Source: Alphaproteobacteria bacterium (GTDB lineage: Bacteria; Pseudomonadota; Alphaproteobacteria; UBA828). Taken from it: a stretch of DNA of 64,000 nucleotides. Positions 1-12,358 of the stretch are shown here, piece by piece. Each line of letters starts with the position of its first letter. Position 1 is the first letter of the stretch. The stretch covers positions 640,001 to 704,000 of the forward strand of contig CAXXVO010000007.1 of NCBI GenBank assembly GCA_963422645.2, read 5' to 3'. Under the pieces are notes generated by a model that was not told where the DNA came from, ran no database searches, and was given only the letters and a program-made list of their open reading frames with translations. Both the position numbers and the translations under genes were made by a program.

Positions 1-507
1 GTGGTCGATGAGGACGATATCGTGGAACAGGAGCGGGTCAGCGGGATCGCCTATAGCAGGGACGAGGCCAAGATCACGGTGATGGGCGTCGATGACCGAC
101 CCGGCGTTGCGGCGAGCATCTTCGGGCCCTTGGCGGACCGCAGTGTCAATGTCGACATGATCGTGCAGAACATCTCCGCCGACGGCACCACGGACCTGAC
201 CTTCACGGTCGCGGAGGCCGATCTTGACCGCTCGATCGCGATTCTCGAGGAAACGAGGAGCGTCGTCGCCTTCGATCGGCTGGTATCGGATCAGGGCGTG
301 GTCAAGGTCTCGGTGATCGGGGTCGGCATGCGCAGCCACGCCGGGGTGGCGCAGACGATGTTCGCGGCGCTGGCCGAGAAGGGCATCAACATCCAGGTGA
401 TCTCGACCTCGGAGATCAAGATCAGCGTGCTGGTCTCGGAGGACTATACGGAGCTTGCCGTGCGCGCCCTTCACGCGGCCTACGGACTGGACGACCGTGA
501 GCCCTAG
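1..507 (+). CDS. lysC: Aspartate kinase, C-terminal ACT domains (5' part outside window)
   Basis: Two ACT domains (DRPGVAASIF, NVDMIVQN, KVSVIGVGMRSHAGVA, ISTSEIKISVL) typical of LysC. Confidence 0.93.
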   Translation: MVDEDDIVEQERVSGIAYSRDEAKITVMGVDDRPGVAASIFGPLADRSVNVDMIVQNISADGTTDLTFTVAEADLDRSIAILEETRSVVAFDRLVSDQGVVKVSVIGVGMRSHAGVAQTMFAALAEKGINIQVISTSEIKISVLVSEDYTELAVRALHAAYGLDDREP

Positions 508-533
508 AGCGGGCACCGTCCCGCGCGCGGTCC

Positions 534-1625
534 ATGACTGAGGCGCGCGAGAGCGCACTCCAGCGGCTCGATGCCTACTGGGCGCGGGGGCGGGCGTTCC
601 TCGGCACCCGCTATGCGATCATGGGCGGGGCGATGTCGTGGGTCTCCGAACGGAACCTGGTGGCCGCCATCTCCAACGCCGGCGGCTTCGGCGTTGTGGC
701 CTGCGGGTCACTCTCCCCGGATCAGCTTGCGGTGGAGATCGACGGCGTCTACGAGCGCTGCGACAAGCCCTTCGGGGTCAACATCATCGTCATGCACCCG
801 GAGCTCGATGCGCTCGTCGCGACCTGCGTGGAGCGCAGCGTCGGCCATGTCGTGCTGGCCGGTGGGCTGCCGCCAAAGCGGACCATCGAGACGCTGAAGC
901 AAGCCGGCACCCGGGTCGTCGCCTTCGCATCGACGCTGCCGCTCGCCCGCAGGCTCGCCAAGCAGGGCGTCGACGCACTTATAATCGAAGGCATGGAGGC
1001 GGGCGGGCACATCGGGCCTGTGTCCACCAACGTGCTCGCCCAGGAGGTTCTGCCCCATTTCGACGCCGTGCCGGTCTTCGTCGGAGGCGGCATCGGGCGG
1101 GGCGATGCGGCCGCGCTCTATCTGGCGATGGGAGCCGCCGGCTGTCAGCTGGGCACCCGCTTCGTCTGTGCGACGGAATCGATCGCCCATCCGCGTTTCA
1201 AGCAGGCGATGATTCGTGCGAATGCGCGCGATGCGCTGCTCTCGGTGCAGGTGGACCCGGATTTTCCCGTGATTCCGGTGCGCGCCGTCGCCAACAAGGC
1301 GACCGAGCATTTCGAGGCGTTTCAGCGGGAGACCATCGCGCGCTATCGCCAGGGCGACATGGAACTCGGCGAGGCACGGCTTGCCATCGAGCATTTCTGG
1401 GCCGGCGCGCTGCGGCGTGCCGCGATCGAGGGCAACGTCGAGGACGGCTCGCTCATGGCCGGCCAAAGCGTCGGCATGGTAACTTCGGAGCAGTCGACGG
1501 GCGAGATTATAGCTGAACTGGTGGATCAAGCAGCGAATGCGATTGCACTCAGCGTTGAACGCGGTGCGGCGGGTATTGCCGACGGTAGTCGACCGGCACA
1601 TCGACCACTGCCCGCCAGCGCATGA
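534..1625 (+). CDS. Nitronate monooxygenase / FabK-like FMN oxidoreductase
   Basis: GGAMSWVS, EGMEAGGHIG, GCQLGTRF, GSLMAGQSVG motifs; position after lysC. Confidence 0.85.
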   Translation: MTEARESALQRLDAYWARGRAFLGTRYAIMGGAMSWVSERNLVAAISNAGGFGVVACGSLSPDQLAVEIDGVYERCDKPFGVNIIVMHPELDALVATCVERSVGHVVLAGGLPPKRTIETLKQAGTRVVAFASTLPLARRLAKQGVDALIIEGMEAGGHIGPVSTNVLAQEVLPHFDAVPVFVGGGIGRGDAAALYLAMGAAGCQLGTRFVCATESIAHPRFKQAMIRANARDALLSVQVDPDFPVIPVRAVANKATEHFEAFQRETIARYRQGDMELGEARLAIEHFWAGALRRAAIEGNVEDGSLMAGQSVGMVTSEQSTGEIIAELVDQAANAIALSVERGAAGIADGSRPAHRPLPASA

Positions 1626-1876
1626 CAGTGGTCTTACAGTGCGTAAGTCCATGTTTGCGCTGTATGACAGCCGATGATAACATCCTCAGCTTAGCTGATG
1701 GTACCGGGGGACGGCTGATCGAGTCGCAGTCTCTTCCAGCCGGGGAAATAACTGGCAAATCGAGGCGGCGACGCGGACACAAGACGGAGCGGATCGTAAG
1801 GTCGCAAGCGGGTGCCTGAGCGCGCAACGCCGACTGGGAGGGAGGCGTGCGTGCTCGCGGTTGCAGGACGCGAGTT

Positions 1877-3484
1877 ATGAAGGAACCTCTGCGGGTGCCG
1901 TTCGAGGCAACCGAGCCTGATCTGGCCGGGCCGCGACTCGTTCACGAGACGGGACGCGAAGACCCGAAAGCCCTCCCGAGCTTCTGCGAAGAGCTGCGGG
2001 AAGCGCGAAACAGGGGCGGCTACAGCATAGCCGACGCCGCTCATGTGCTGCGCATACAGAAGCACTACCTCGAAGCGCTCGAGGAAGGTCGCTTCGACCA
2101 AATCCCCGGTACGACCTACGCGATCGGGTTCTTGCGCAGCTATTCGGGCTTCCTCGGGCTCGATCCGGACGACATCGTCGATGCCTTCAAGCGCGAGCAA
2201 GGTCTTGAACGGAGCGAGCAACGGCTTGCCTTTCCGTCACCCAGCGATACCAGCCCCAAGCCGAAGTTCTGGCTCATTCTCCTCGTCCTGGTGATGGCGG
2301 GCCTCGCCTACGGCGGCTGGCAGTACCAGTCGACCGGAGGCCAGATTGCGACCGACCTGGTGGACGATGTCTCGACCCGGCTGACCGAAGCCGTAGGCAT
2401 GGGTGAGGCCGTCGCGCCGGAGGACGCCGCCGCCACGAGCCAGACGGCCGCCTCCACGGCAGCGGCTCCGACCGACGCCGCGCCCGCAACGGAGACCACC
2501 GCCGGGGCCGCGGTGGAGACTCCTGCCGCGCCGGCCGCAGCGGTTGTCGAGGAAGAGGCAGCCTCCGCACCGCCCGAGCCCGCGCCGGCGGTGGCACGGC
2601 AGGAAGAGCCCGCACAAGCAGACCCGGCACCGGCGGAGCCCGCCGCGACGGATGTCGCCGAGTCAGGACTTATCCCGTCGGCCGAGGTCTGGGACGAGTC
2701 CGGTCCGGCCGAAGCGACGGAGGTTGCAGCACTTGAGGGATCGCAGGCCGAGGACTCGGCGGTCCAACAGCCGCCTGCAAGGGTCGAAGCGGCCACCGAA
2801 GCCGCGCCTGCGGAGCCAGAGCCGGCAGCGCCGGCCGAGCCCCTTCCGGTAGCCGACGCGGTTGCGCCCAGCGAGCCGGCTGTCGCGCCTGCGGAGACGC
2901 CCGATTCGAGTTCGCCAATCGCGGCCCCGCTCGATCTCGCAGTCGTCGCCACCGGCGGGACGAGCAGCGCCACCGCCGCCAACGAGGAGGCGAGCGCGGT
3001 TGACGAGGCCCAGCCGGGCGGGTCCACCAGCAGTGCCGATACCCTTCCTGCGGATAGCGCTAGCGATACCCCAGCCGTGACCGCTGCACCGGAGCCGGCG
3101 ATCGACCCCGAGCCAGAGCAGACCGCCGCGGTCTCAGAACCGGCGGCGGCGGAGCCCGAGTTGCCGGTGGAGGCCGCCTATGTTCCAAAGGTCTACGGGC
3201 GGAGCAACCTCGATGCCCGCGTGGTCATCACGGCGGTTGACGACAGTTGGGTTCAGGTCCAGGGACCGGACAACGAGCTCCTGCTGACGCGGATCCTCCA
3301 TCCGGGCGATACCTACCGTGTGCCCGACCGGCCCGGCCTTGTCATGGTGACCGGGAACGCCGGCGGTCTCGAGATTCAGGTCGACGATGCTGCGGCGCCC
3401 GCGCTCGGCCCGCTCGGCGTGGTCATGCGAAATATCGCGCTCGACCCGGATCGCCTCCTGGCCGGCAACGCCACCGGCGGATAG
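1877..3484 (+). CDS. rodZ: RodZ cell-shape protein (HTH, TM, long acidic Ala/Pro linker, DUF4115)
   Basis: HTH (LRIQKHYLEALEEGRFDQIPG..YAIGFLRSY), single TM, C-terminal DSWVQV...TGNAGGL domain; ATG at 1877 preferred over GTG 1847. Confidence 0.85.
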   Translation: MKEPLRVPFEATEPDLAGPRLVHETGREDPKALPSFCEELREARNRGGYSIADAAHVLRIQKHYLEALEEGRFDQIPGTTYAIGFLRSYSGFLGLDPDDIVDAFKREQGLERSEQRLAFPSPSDTSPKPKFWLILLVLVMAGLAYGGWQYQSTGGQIATDLVDDVSTRLTEAVGMGEAVAPEDAAATSQTAASTAAAPTDAAPATETTAGAAVETPAAPAAAVVEEEAASAPPEPAPAVARQEEPAQADPAPAEPAATDVAESGLIPSAEVWDESGPAEATEVAALEGSQAEDSAVQQPPARVEAATEAAPAEPEPAAPAEPLPVADAVAPSEPAVAPAETPDSSSPIAAPLDLAVVATGGTSSATAANEEASAVDEAQPGGSTSSADTLPADSASDTPAVTAAPEPAIDPEPEQTAAVSEPAAAEPELPVEAAYVPKVYGRSNLDARVVITAVDDSWVQVQGPDNELLLTRILHPGDTYRVPDRPGLVMVTGNAGGLEIQVDDAAAPALGPLGVVMRNIALDPDRLLAGNATGG

Positions 3485-3586
3485 GCGCGCGCGGCGGAAG
3501 CCGCCGCTTGCCGAGACAACCGAAACGAGTCACTAAACCCGCCGTCACGCTGGTCGAAGCACCGGCACCGTTCGGGAACCCAGACA

Positions 3587-4848
3587 GTGCGTAGAATTCA
3601 GCCGGTTCGTGGAACGCACGACCTCGCGGCCGACGCGATGCGCCGCCACCGCCACGTTATCGAGCATGCCCGCACACTTGCCGCCCGCTACGGGTTCGCC
3701 GAGGTGGCGACGCCGATCTTCGAGTTCAGCGACGTGTTTCGCCGCACGCTGGGCGATACCTCGGACATCGTGACCAAGGAGATGTACACCTTCACTGATC
3801 GCGGAGGCTCCGAGCTCACGCTCAGGCCCGAGAACACGGCGGGCGTCGCGCGCGCGGTGATCGGCGGCACCTTGGGCGAGCGCCGGCCGTTCAAGTGCTT
3901 CTATGCCGGGCCGATGTTTCGCTACGAGAGGCCGCAGAGGGGCCGGCTGCGCCAGTTTCATCAGATTGGGGTCGAGTTGATCGGCGCTCCCGAGCCGCTC
4001 GCCGACATCGAGGTGATCGCGCTCGGCGCGCACCTGCTCGAGACGCTGGGCGTACTCGATCAGGTCACGCTGGAGATCAACACGCTTGCCGATGATGCCA
4101 GCCGCAGCGCCTACCGTGGGGCGCTCGTCGCCCACCTTGAGGCCCACGAAGACGCCTTGTCCGAGGAGAGCAGGCAGCGGCTCCGGCGCAACCCGCTGCG
4201 CGTCCTCGATTCCAAGGACGAAGGCGACCGGGCGGTGCTGGCCGACGCGCCCGCAATCGACGCGCATTTGAGCCCGGAGGCGGCGGCGTTCTTCGACACC
4301 GTGTGCGAAGGGCTCAGCGGGCTGGGAATTGCCTTCACCCGCAACGCTCGTCTCGTACGCGGCCTCGACTATTACTGCCACACGGCCTTCGAGTTCACGA
4401 CCGAGGCGCTCGGGGCCCAGGGCGCCGTGCTCGCCGGCGGCCGTTACGACGGCCTGGTAGAGACCATGGGCGGACCGGCCACACCCGGCGTCGGCTGGGC
4501 CGGCGGGGTCGAGCGGCTTGCCGCCCTGGTGGAAGAGGTGGTGGGCGACGTGGCGGCGGCACCCCGGCCCGTCGCCATCGTGCCCCTCGGCGCGCGGGCC
4601 GAGGCTGCTGCGCTCGGGCTCGCACAGCGCTTGCGGTACGATGGCTTTGCGGTGGAACTGACTTATCGCGGCTCACTCTCGAAGCGGCTGAAGCGAGCCG
4701 ATCAGGCGCGCGCAGCGGCGGCGGTCATCCTGGGCGATGACGAGATGGAGCGTGGCGTGGCGACGATCCGCGACCTCGACAGCGGCGACCAGGTCGAGGC
4801 GCCGGAAGCCGAGCTCGGCACGCACCTCGCCCGCTACGCGCCCGGCCG

Positions 4849-4852
<4 letters not shown>
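3587..4852 (+). CDS. hisS: Histidine--tRNA ligase
   Basis: [40 protein letters not shown] motifs. Confidence 0.97.
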
Positions 4853-5933
<1,081 letters not shown>

Positions 5934-5937
<4 letters not shown>

Positions 5938-6863
5938 TCGGCGCGTCGGCGAGCCGGGCGGCGGCGCTCGGCACCGCAACGGCAGAGCTGCGCGCGGCCG
6001 GCATCGATGCGCCGCGCCGCGATGCCCGCCTTCTGATGCAGCATGCGCTGGGACTCTCGCCCGAATCCTTGCTCGCGGACGACCGGCTGCCGCTCGGCGA
6101 GGACGAGGCCGGGCGGCTGACGGCGCTTGTCCACAGGCGCGCAGCGCGCGAGCCGATCGCCTATCTCACCGGCAGGCGCGAGTTCTGGAGCCTCGAGCTC
6201 GCCGTCGACCGGTCCGCGCTGGTGCCGCGGCCGGAGAGCGAGACCCTGGTCGAGGCGGTGCTGGACCGCGCCCCGCGCCTCCCCGCGCACCCGCGGCTGC
6301 TGGATCTCGGCACGGGCACGGGCTGCCTGCTGGTCGCGCTCCTGAGCGAGCTTCCCGGCGCGGTCGGGCTCGGTATCGATGTCAGCGCCGCTGCCGTCTC
6401 GCTGGCGCGGGCCAACGCGCGCCGCCACGGTCTCGGCGAGCGGGCTTCCTTCGCCGTTGCCGACTGGGGCGCAGCGCTCGCCGCTCGCTTCGATGTCGTG
6501 GTGAGCAATCCGCCTTATGTGGCGACGCCCGAGTTGGTATCGCTCGCGCCGGAGATCGCCCGCCACGAGCCGCGGACGGCGCTTGCCGGCGGGGCAGACG
6601 GGTACGAATGCTACCGGCGACTCGCGCCGCAAATTGCGCGACTCCTGGCATCGGGAGGACTGGCCGCAATCGAGCTTGGTGCGGGGATGGCGGATGAAGT
6701 CCGGTCGTTGTTTGCCGCTTCCGGACTCTTAGAGATCGGTCGTCGTCGCGACCTTTCCGGAATTGAGCGCTGCGCGCTCTTTGCCCGCGGTACCGATGTC
6801 GGAATCTGGTCCGAAGGGAGAAATTTCTTGCCCGCAAAACACGCCGGCTTGCAAAAAAGGTAA
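5934..6863 (+). CDS. prmC: Release factor glutamine methyltransferase PrmC/HemK; stop codon supplied by the IS66 end
   Basis: [18 protein letters not shown]; follows prfA; TAA 6861-6863 lies inside the IS terminus GTAAC. Confidence 0.93.
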
Positions 6864-8747
6864 CTGCCCAGGTTCTTGCTGTGAAAATTCTCTGGGATTC
6901 GGCACAACGCTACCCACGCGACGCCCGTGTGCTCCTCTGGGGTCGCCGGGTTTCACAGCTCACGATGCCCCTCTTGCGGACTGCGACCGGTAAGCTACCC
7001 CGATGTGGCCCGAAGTCCGCCCGCGCGACGGGCACCGATTTTCATTCTATGGGGTGGTCCAGCACGGCGTCGACCATGATCGTTTATGAGAATGGCTCCG
7101 CTGTTGGAGAACCCGTGCCAGGTGAGCTTACGCGCACTTGACGGTGGCGATGAGCCGATCCGATGGGCTGGTCAGGGCTTCGATGATATTCCAGCCCTGC
7201 TTTCTGGCGGTGGTGATGACGCTGCGCAGGATGGCGAAGTTCTCGGCCCCCTGCGCGGACCGGAAGCCCCCGGAGATCTTCTGGCGCAGCTTCATCATCC
7301 GAAGGTCGCGCTCGGCCTCGTTGTTCGTGAACCCGACCTCGAGGTCGATCAGGAACCGGAGCACCGCGCATTTGTGGTCGCGCAGCCTCAAGGCCAGATT
7401 GTGACCGATCCTTCGCTTCCGGCGCTTCTTCCTCTTGCCAGGCGAGAACGGTGGTTGGCTCTCGTGAAAGGCCAGCGCATCGGCGATGATCTCGTCGTAT
7501 CGGCGCTCGATCAGCGCCACAAGCCTCGCCGGAACGGCGATATCCTTGTCCAGCGCGATGCGGGCGGCGCGATTGGCTCGGCGCAGGAGCTGCTGCATCC
7601 GCCGGGCCCAAGCCTCCCCTTCGATGTCCACCAGCGCCTGCAACTCCCGCAGGTGATGGGCGTTGCACAGGCCGTGCTCCACCCCTTCCATCGCGAAGTA
7701 CGGCTTCCAGTGATCGTGCACGACGATGCCGGAGACACCCGAGAGCAGGGCGCCGCGCTTGCCGCTGACCCGGTACGCCGCCAGCAGCGGCGTGCAGATC
7801 ACATGAAGCCACTGCGTCTGACCGCCGATCCGCAAGCCGGTCTCGTCCATGTGTTTCACCCGCGCCGTGCCCGCCGCCAGGTCCTGTATGTGCAAGGCCG
7901 CGTCCCGCAGCCGCTCGGCCGCCCTCTCGCTCATCGTCGCCAACGTCGCAGCCGTCACCGGCGCGCCGAAGAGCTCGGCCATCACCTGCGACAGCCGATC
8001 CTCCGGCAGGAAGTGAGCGTGCTGAAGGTAGACCGCCACCCCGGCAATGCGCGGGCCGTACTGCACCGGCGCCGACACCCCGTCGGGGAACGCCGCCCGG
8101 GTCACCGTCCCGCAATGCCCGCAGCACTTGGCATGCGCCCGGTGCTCGGTCACCTCCAGGGGGCTCGGCTCGGGCAGATCGAACACCTGGCGGGCGACGG
8201 GCGTTCCCGCCCTGGCCGCGTCCGAAAGCGGCGAACCGCATCCCTTGCAGGAAGCCGGGACGTGATCCTTCACCCGATCCGGGTGATCGGCGCGGCGCAG
8301 CGTCTTGCCCTTGTGGCCGGGCTGGCCACCGGGCTTGCGGCCCGATTTGCCGCGCAGGCTTCGGGTTCGCCGCTTCGAATTCGGCTTCCTCAGCCCATCG
8401 CTCGAAGGCGGCTTGCCGCTGTTGCCGCTGTTGAGGCCGAGACGGCGCTCCAACTCCTCGATGCGCTCGACGAGACGCGCGACTTGCTCTTCCAGCCGCG
8501 CGTTCTGCTGCCGAAGCCAGGCATTTTCCTCCCGAAGCCGGGCGTTCTCCTCCTCCAGGCGGGCGATCTTCTGCGCGGGCGTTTCGGGCGCTGCTCCCGT
8601 CGAAGGGCCGCGCGGCGACTCGGGATTGCTCATGTCGTTGTTGAGTCATTTCCCGAAATTCCCGTCAAGCCCTTTCCACCAACTCCGAACGAGAAACGCC
8701 TCAATCCACTGGCCCAAAATGACAAATCAGACGACCTGGGCAGTTAC
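6860..8747 (-). mobile_element. IS66-family (single-ORF, ISBst12-like) element, copy 1, 1888 bp
   Basis: Terminal IR GTAACTGCCCAGGT at both ends; 8-bp TSD CAAAAAAG (6852-6859 and 8748-8755). Confidence 0.95.
7128..8633 (-). CDS. IS66 transposase TnpC
   Basis: Leucine-zipper N-term, NSGKPPSSD, GGQPGHKG, zinc finger, DETG, HDHW, CNAHHLREL, TNNEAERDLR. Confidence 0.95.
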   Translation of the reverse strand: MSNPESPRGPSTGAAPETPAQKIARLEEENARLREENAWLRQQNARLEEQVARLVERIEELERRLGLNSGNSGKPPSSDGLRKPNSKRRTRSLRGKSGRKPGGQPGHKGKTLRRADHPDRVKDHVPASCKGCGSPLSDAARAGTPVARQVFDLPEPSPLEVTEHRAHAKCCGHCGTVTRAAFPDGVSAPVQYGPRIAGVAVYLQHAHFLPEDRLSQVMAELFGAPVTAATLATMSERAAERLRDAALHIQDLAAGTARVKHMDETGLRIGGQTQWLHVICTPLLAAYRVSGKRGALLSGVSGIVVHDHWKPYFAMEGVEHGLCNAHHLRELQALVDIEGEAWARRMQQLLRRANRAARIALDKDIAVPARLVALIERRYDEIIADALAFHESQPPFSPGKRKKRRKRRIGHNLALRLRDHKCAVLRFLIDLEVGFTNNEAERDLRMMKLRQKISGGFRSAQGAENFAILRSVITTARKQGWNIIEALTSPSDRLIATVKCA

Positions 8748-8920
8748 CAAAAAAGAGGTTGCAAACCGCGCGATGTTGGTTAGGGTTCGCGGGACTCGCG
8801 ATCCTTGACCGGTTAACGGTCTCGCGGAGTTCCTCAGCGAAAGAAGCTGGCAAGCGTGCCCGGACGCAACGCAGTCGGAGCGCGGCTCGTGGACGCCGGT
8901 TAGGTGAGAAGGCGATTGGT

Positions 8921-9367
8921 ATGAAAGGTCCAAACAACAAGCGCCCGCGCGGGTATAGAGGGAACGGACGGCGCCCCGGTTTTCAAGGGCGTGGTTCGAC
9001 CTTCGAGAGCAACGGCCCCGAAGGAAAGATTCGCGGAACCGCGTTCCAGGTCATAGAGAAATACCAGGCCTTGGCGCAGGACGCGCTCTCGGCCGGGGAC
9101 CGAATCGGCGCAGAAAATTTCTTCCAGCACGCCGAACATTACTATCGCGTGGTTGCCGCCAATGGCTGGGACCAGCGGGGGCAACGCCCGCAGGGTCAAC
9201 AGCACCAGCAGAACCAGCAGCCCCAGCCACAGCAGCGGGTTGAGCCCGAGCAAAAGCCGGGTGGGGAGCAGGAGCCGGCCGCCAACGCCGAACCTAAGAC
9301 CCAGGTGGCGAGGGCCGACGAGCCGGCGGCAGACACGGCCGAGGAGCACGCGCCCCGGGCTTCCTGA
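8921..9367 (+). CDS. DUF4167 family protein
   Basis: FESNGPEGKIRG...EKY..LA.DA...GDRI.AENFFQHAEHYYR; usual position between prmC and clpB. Confidence 0.85.
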   Translation: MKGPNNKRPRGYRGNGRRPGFQGRGSTFESNGPEGKIRGTAFQVIEKYQALAQDALSAGDRIGAENFFQHAEHYYRVVAANGWDQRGQRPQGQQHQQNQQPQPQQRVEPEQKPGGEQEPAANAEPKTQVARADEPAADTAEEHAPRAS

Positions 9368-9616
9368 CCGGGCTTTTCCAACCCGGCCCGATCCCTTTCG
9401 CGTTTTCTCGCTTTTTCCCGGTTGCCGCTCTCGGAGAGCGCGGTTGGCGTCCGCTGTCTGCCTCGTCGTCGCCTCCGCCATTGCCGACGGCCGCCGCTTG
9501 TCCTGCGGAAATCCCGCCTCGTCTCGGCGCATCCCATAGTTCTTTTATGGTGCGCCCACGCGCGATGCCGTAGGACCGGAATGCCCGGCGCGTGAGGGAT
9601 GCGAAGCCGCCACGCC

Positions 9617-9646
9617 CTTGCCGCACCGGTGCCGGACCCCAATATA
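9617..9646 (+). promoter_or_regulatory. Putative RpoH (sigma32) promoter of clpB
   Basis: CTTG (9617-9620) and CCCCAATATA (9637-9646) resemble alphaproteobacterial RpoH -35/-10 boxes, upstream of a heat-shock gene. Confidence 0.6.
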
Positions 9647-9754
9647 GGGAACGGTTGCCAAGCGACCCGGCATCCGGCTGCGGGCCTCCCCTGAGGTCAT
9701 GAGAGTGCGACCGCGTTCGGCTCTCGTCAGCGGATGGCCAACGAGGGATGACAC

Positions 9755-12358
9755 ATGGATTTCGACAAGTTTACCGAGCGCTCGCGCGGTTTCGTGCAGG
9801 CCGCCCAGGGCCTTGCCGCCGCGCGCGGGCACCAGCGCTTCGCGCCTGAACATCTGCTCAAGGTCCTGCTCGATGACGGAGAGGGCCTCGCTGCCAATCT
9901 CATCCGCGCCGCCGGGGGCCGGCCCGAAGAGGCGCTGGAGAAGACCGAGGCGGCGCTCGATGCGCTGCCCAGGGTCGAAGGCGACGGCGCTGGCCAGATC
10001 TACCTCGCGCCCGAGACCGCGCGGCTCTTCGATTCCGCTCTCGACATCGCGAAGAAGGCCGGCGACAGCTACGTCACCGCCGAGCGCCTGCTGCTCGCGC
10101 TTGCGCTCGCCAAGGGGACGCGCGCAGCGCGCATCCTGGCCGATGCCGGCGTCAGCCCGCAGACGCTGAACGCCGCCATCAACGACCTGCGCAAGGGGAG
10201 AACGGCAGACAGCGCCTCGGCAGAATCAGGCTACGACGCGCTCAGGAAGTACGCGCGCGACCTGACCGAGGCGGCACGTGGCGGCACGGTCGATCCGGTG
10301 ATCGGCCGGGATGAGGAAATCCGCCGCATCATGCAGGTGCTCTCGCGGCGCACGAAGAACAACCCGGTCATCATCGGCGAGCCCGGCGTCGGCAAGACGG
10401 CGATCGTCGAAGGCCTCGCTCAGCGGATCGTCAACGGCGACGTGCCCGAATCCCTGCAGGACAAGCGGCTTCTGGCTCTCGATCTCGGGGCCATGGTGGC
10501 GGGGGCAAAGTTTCGCGGCGAATTCGAAGAGCGCCTGAAGGCGGTGCTGACCGAGGTCAACGCGGCGGCCGGCGAGATCGTGATGTTCATCGACGAGCTG
10601 CACACGCTGGTCGGCGCAGGGGCTGCCGAAGGCGCGATGGATGCCTCCAACCTGCTCAAGCCCGCCCTCGCCAGGGGAGAGCTGCATTGCGTCGGCGCGA
10701 CCACCCTGGACGAATACCGCAAGCGCGTGGAGAAGGACGCGGCGCTGGCGCGGCGCTTCCAGCCCGTCTACGTGTCGGAGCCCACCGTCGAGGACACGGT
10801 ATCCATCCTGCGCGGCCTCAAGGAGAAGTACGAGGTCCATCACGGCGTCGCCATCACCGACAACGCCATCGTCGCGGCGGCCACGCTCTCCAACCGCTAC
10901 ATCACCGATCGCTTCCTGCCCGACAAGGCGATCGACCTGGTCGACGAGGCGGCGAGCAGGCTCAGGATGGAGATCGATTCCAAGCCCGAGGAGCTGGACG
11001 AGCTCGACCGGCGCATCATCCAGCTCAAGATCGAGCGGGAGGCGCTCAAGAAGGAGACGGACGAGCGCTCACGCGACCGGCTCGAAGCGCTTGGCGAAGA
11101 GCTCGCCGCGCTGGAGAAGCGCTCGGCCGACCAGACCGCGGTCTGGCTCGCCGAGAAGGAGCGGCTCTCCGGCGGGCAACGGATCAAGGAGAAGCTCGAT
11201 GGCGCCCGGAGCGCGCTCGAGGTCGCGCAGCGGAATGGGGATCTAGCGCGGGCGGGCGAGCTTGCCTACGGGGTCATTCCCGAGCTCGAACGGGAACTCG
11301 GCGCCCTGGAATCCGCCACGCACGAGCGGCTCCTCGACGAGGCGGTGAAGCCGTCCCACATCGCCGGCGTGGTCTCGCGCTGGACCGGCATCCCGGTGGA
11401 CAAGATGCTGGAGGGCGAGCGCGAGAAGCTGCTCCACATGGAGCGCTCGCTGTGTGAGCGCGTGGTTGGGCAGGAGGAGGCGGTGGTCGCCGTCAGCAAC
11501 GCCGTGCGCCGCGCCCGCGCCGGCCTGCAGGACGCGGACCGCCCGACCGGCTCGTTCCTCTTCCTCGGCCCCACCGGCGTGGGCAAGACCGAGCTGGTCA
11601 AGACGCTGGCGGCGTTCCTCTTCGACGACGAGGCGGCGATGATCCGCATCGACATGTCGGAGTACATGGAGAAGCACGCCGTCGCCCGCCTGATCGGCGC
11701 CCCGCCCGGCTATGTCGGCTACGACGAGGGCGGCACACTTGCCGAGGCGGTGCGCCGCCGCCCCTATCAGGTGATCCTCTTCGACGAGATCGAGAAGGCC
11801 CATGGCGACGTCTTCAACCTGCTGCTGCAGGTGCTGGACGACGGACGCCTCACCGATGGACACGGGCGCACGGTCGATTTCCGCAACACCGTGATCACCA
11901 TGACCTCCAACCTAGGCGGCGAGATCATGGCGGCGCAGCCGGAGGGGGAAGAATCGAGCGCGGTGCGCGAGCCGGTGATGGAGCTGATGCGGGCGCATTT
12001 TCGGCCCGAATTCCTCAACCGGCTGGACGAGATCATCCTGTTCCACCGGCTGGGCCGTGTGCACATGGGGGCCATCGTGGATATCCAGATCGGCCACCTC
12101 GCCCGCCGGCTGAGCGATCGCAAGATCACGCTGGAGCTGGACGATGCGGCGCGTGCCTGGCTCGGCGAGGCCGGCTACGACGCGGCCTACGGGGCGCGGC
12201 CGCTTAAGCGCGTCATCCAGCGCAGCCTGCAGAATCCGCTCGCCCAGCTCATCGTCGCCGGCCGGCTCGGCGACGGTGAGACGGTGCGTGTCTCGGCTGG
12301 CGCGGACGGCCTGGTCATCGACGGGCACGACAGCGGCGCGCTCGCCAGCGCGGCCTAA
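9755..12358 (+). CDS. clpB: ATP-dependent chaperone ClpB
   Basis: Two AAA+ domains ([16 protein letters not shown]), coiled-coil middle domain, GYVGY pore loop; 867 aa. Confidence 0.97.
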   Translation: MDFDKFTERSRGFVQAAQGLAAARGHQRFAPEHLLKVLLDDGEGLAANLIRAAGGRPEEALEKTEAALDALPRVEGDGAGQIYLAPETARLFDSALDIAKKAGDSYVTAERLLLALALAKGTRAARILADAGVSPQTLNAAINDLRKGRTADSASAESGYDALRKYARDLTEAARGGTVDPVIGRDEEIRRIMQVLSRRTKNNPVIIGEPGVGKTAIVEGLAQRIVNGDVPESLQDKRLLALDLGAMVAGAKFRGEFEERLKAVLTEVNAAAGEIVMFIDELHTLVGAGAAEGAMDASNLLKPALARGELHCVGATTLDEYRKRVEKDAALARRFQPVYVSEPTVEDTVSILRGLKEKYEVHHGVAITDNAIVAAATLSNRYITDRFLPDKAIDLVDEAASRLRMEIDSKPEELDELDRRIIQLKIEREALKKETDERSRDRLEALGEELAALEKRSADQTAVWLAEKERLSGGQRIKEKLDGARSALEVAQRNGDLARAGELAYGVIPELERELGALESATHERLLDEAVKPSHIAGVVSRWTGIPVDKMLEGEREKLLHMERSLCERVVGQEEAVVAVSNAVRRARAGLQDADRPTGSFLFLGPTGVGKTELVKTLAAFLFDDEAAMIRIDMSEYMEKHAVARLIGAPPGYVGYDEGGTLAEAVRRRPYQVILFDEIEKAHGDVFNLLLQVLDDGRLTDGHGRTVDFRNTVITMTSNLGGEIMAAQPEGEESSAVREPVMELMRAHFRPEFLNRLDEIILFHRLGRVHMGAIVDIQIGHLARRLSDRKITLELDDAARAWLGEAGYDAAYGARPLKRVIQRSLQNPLAQLIVAGRLGDGETVRVSAGADGLVIDGHDSGALASAA

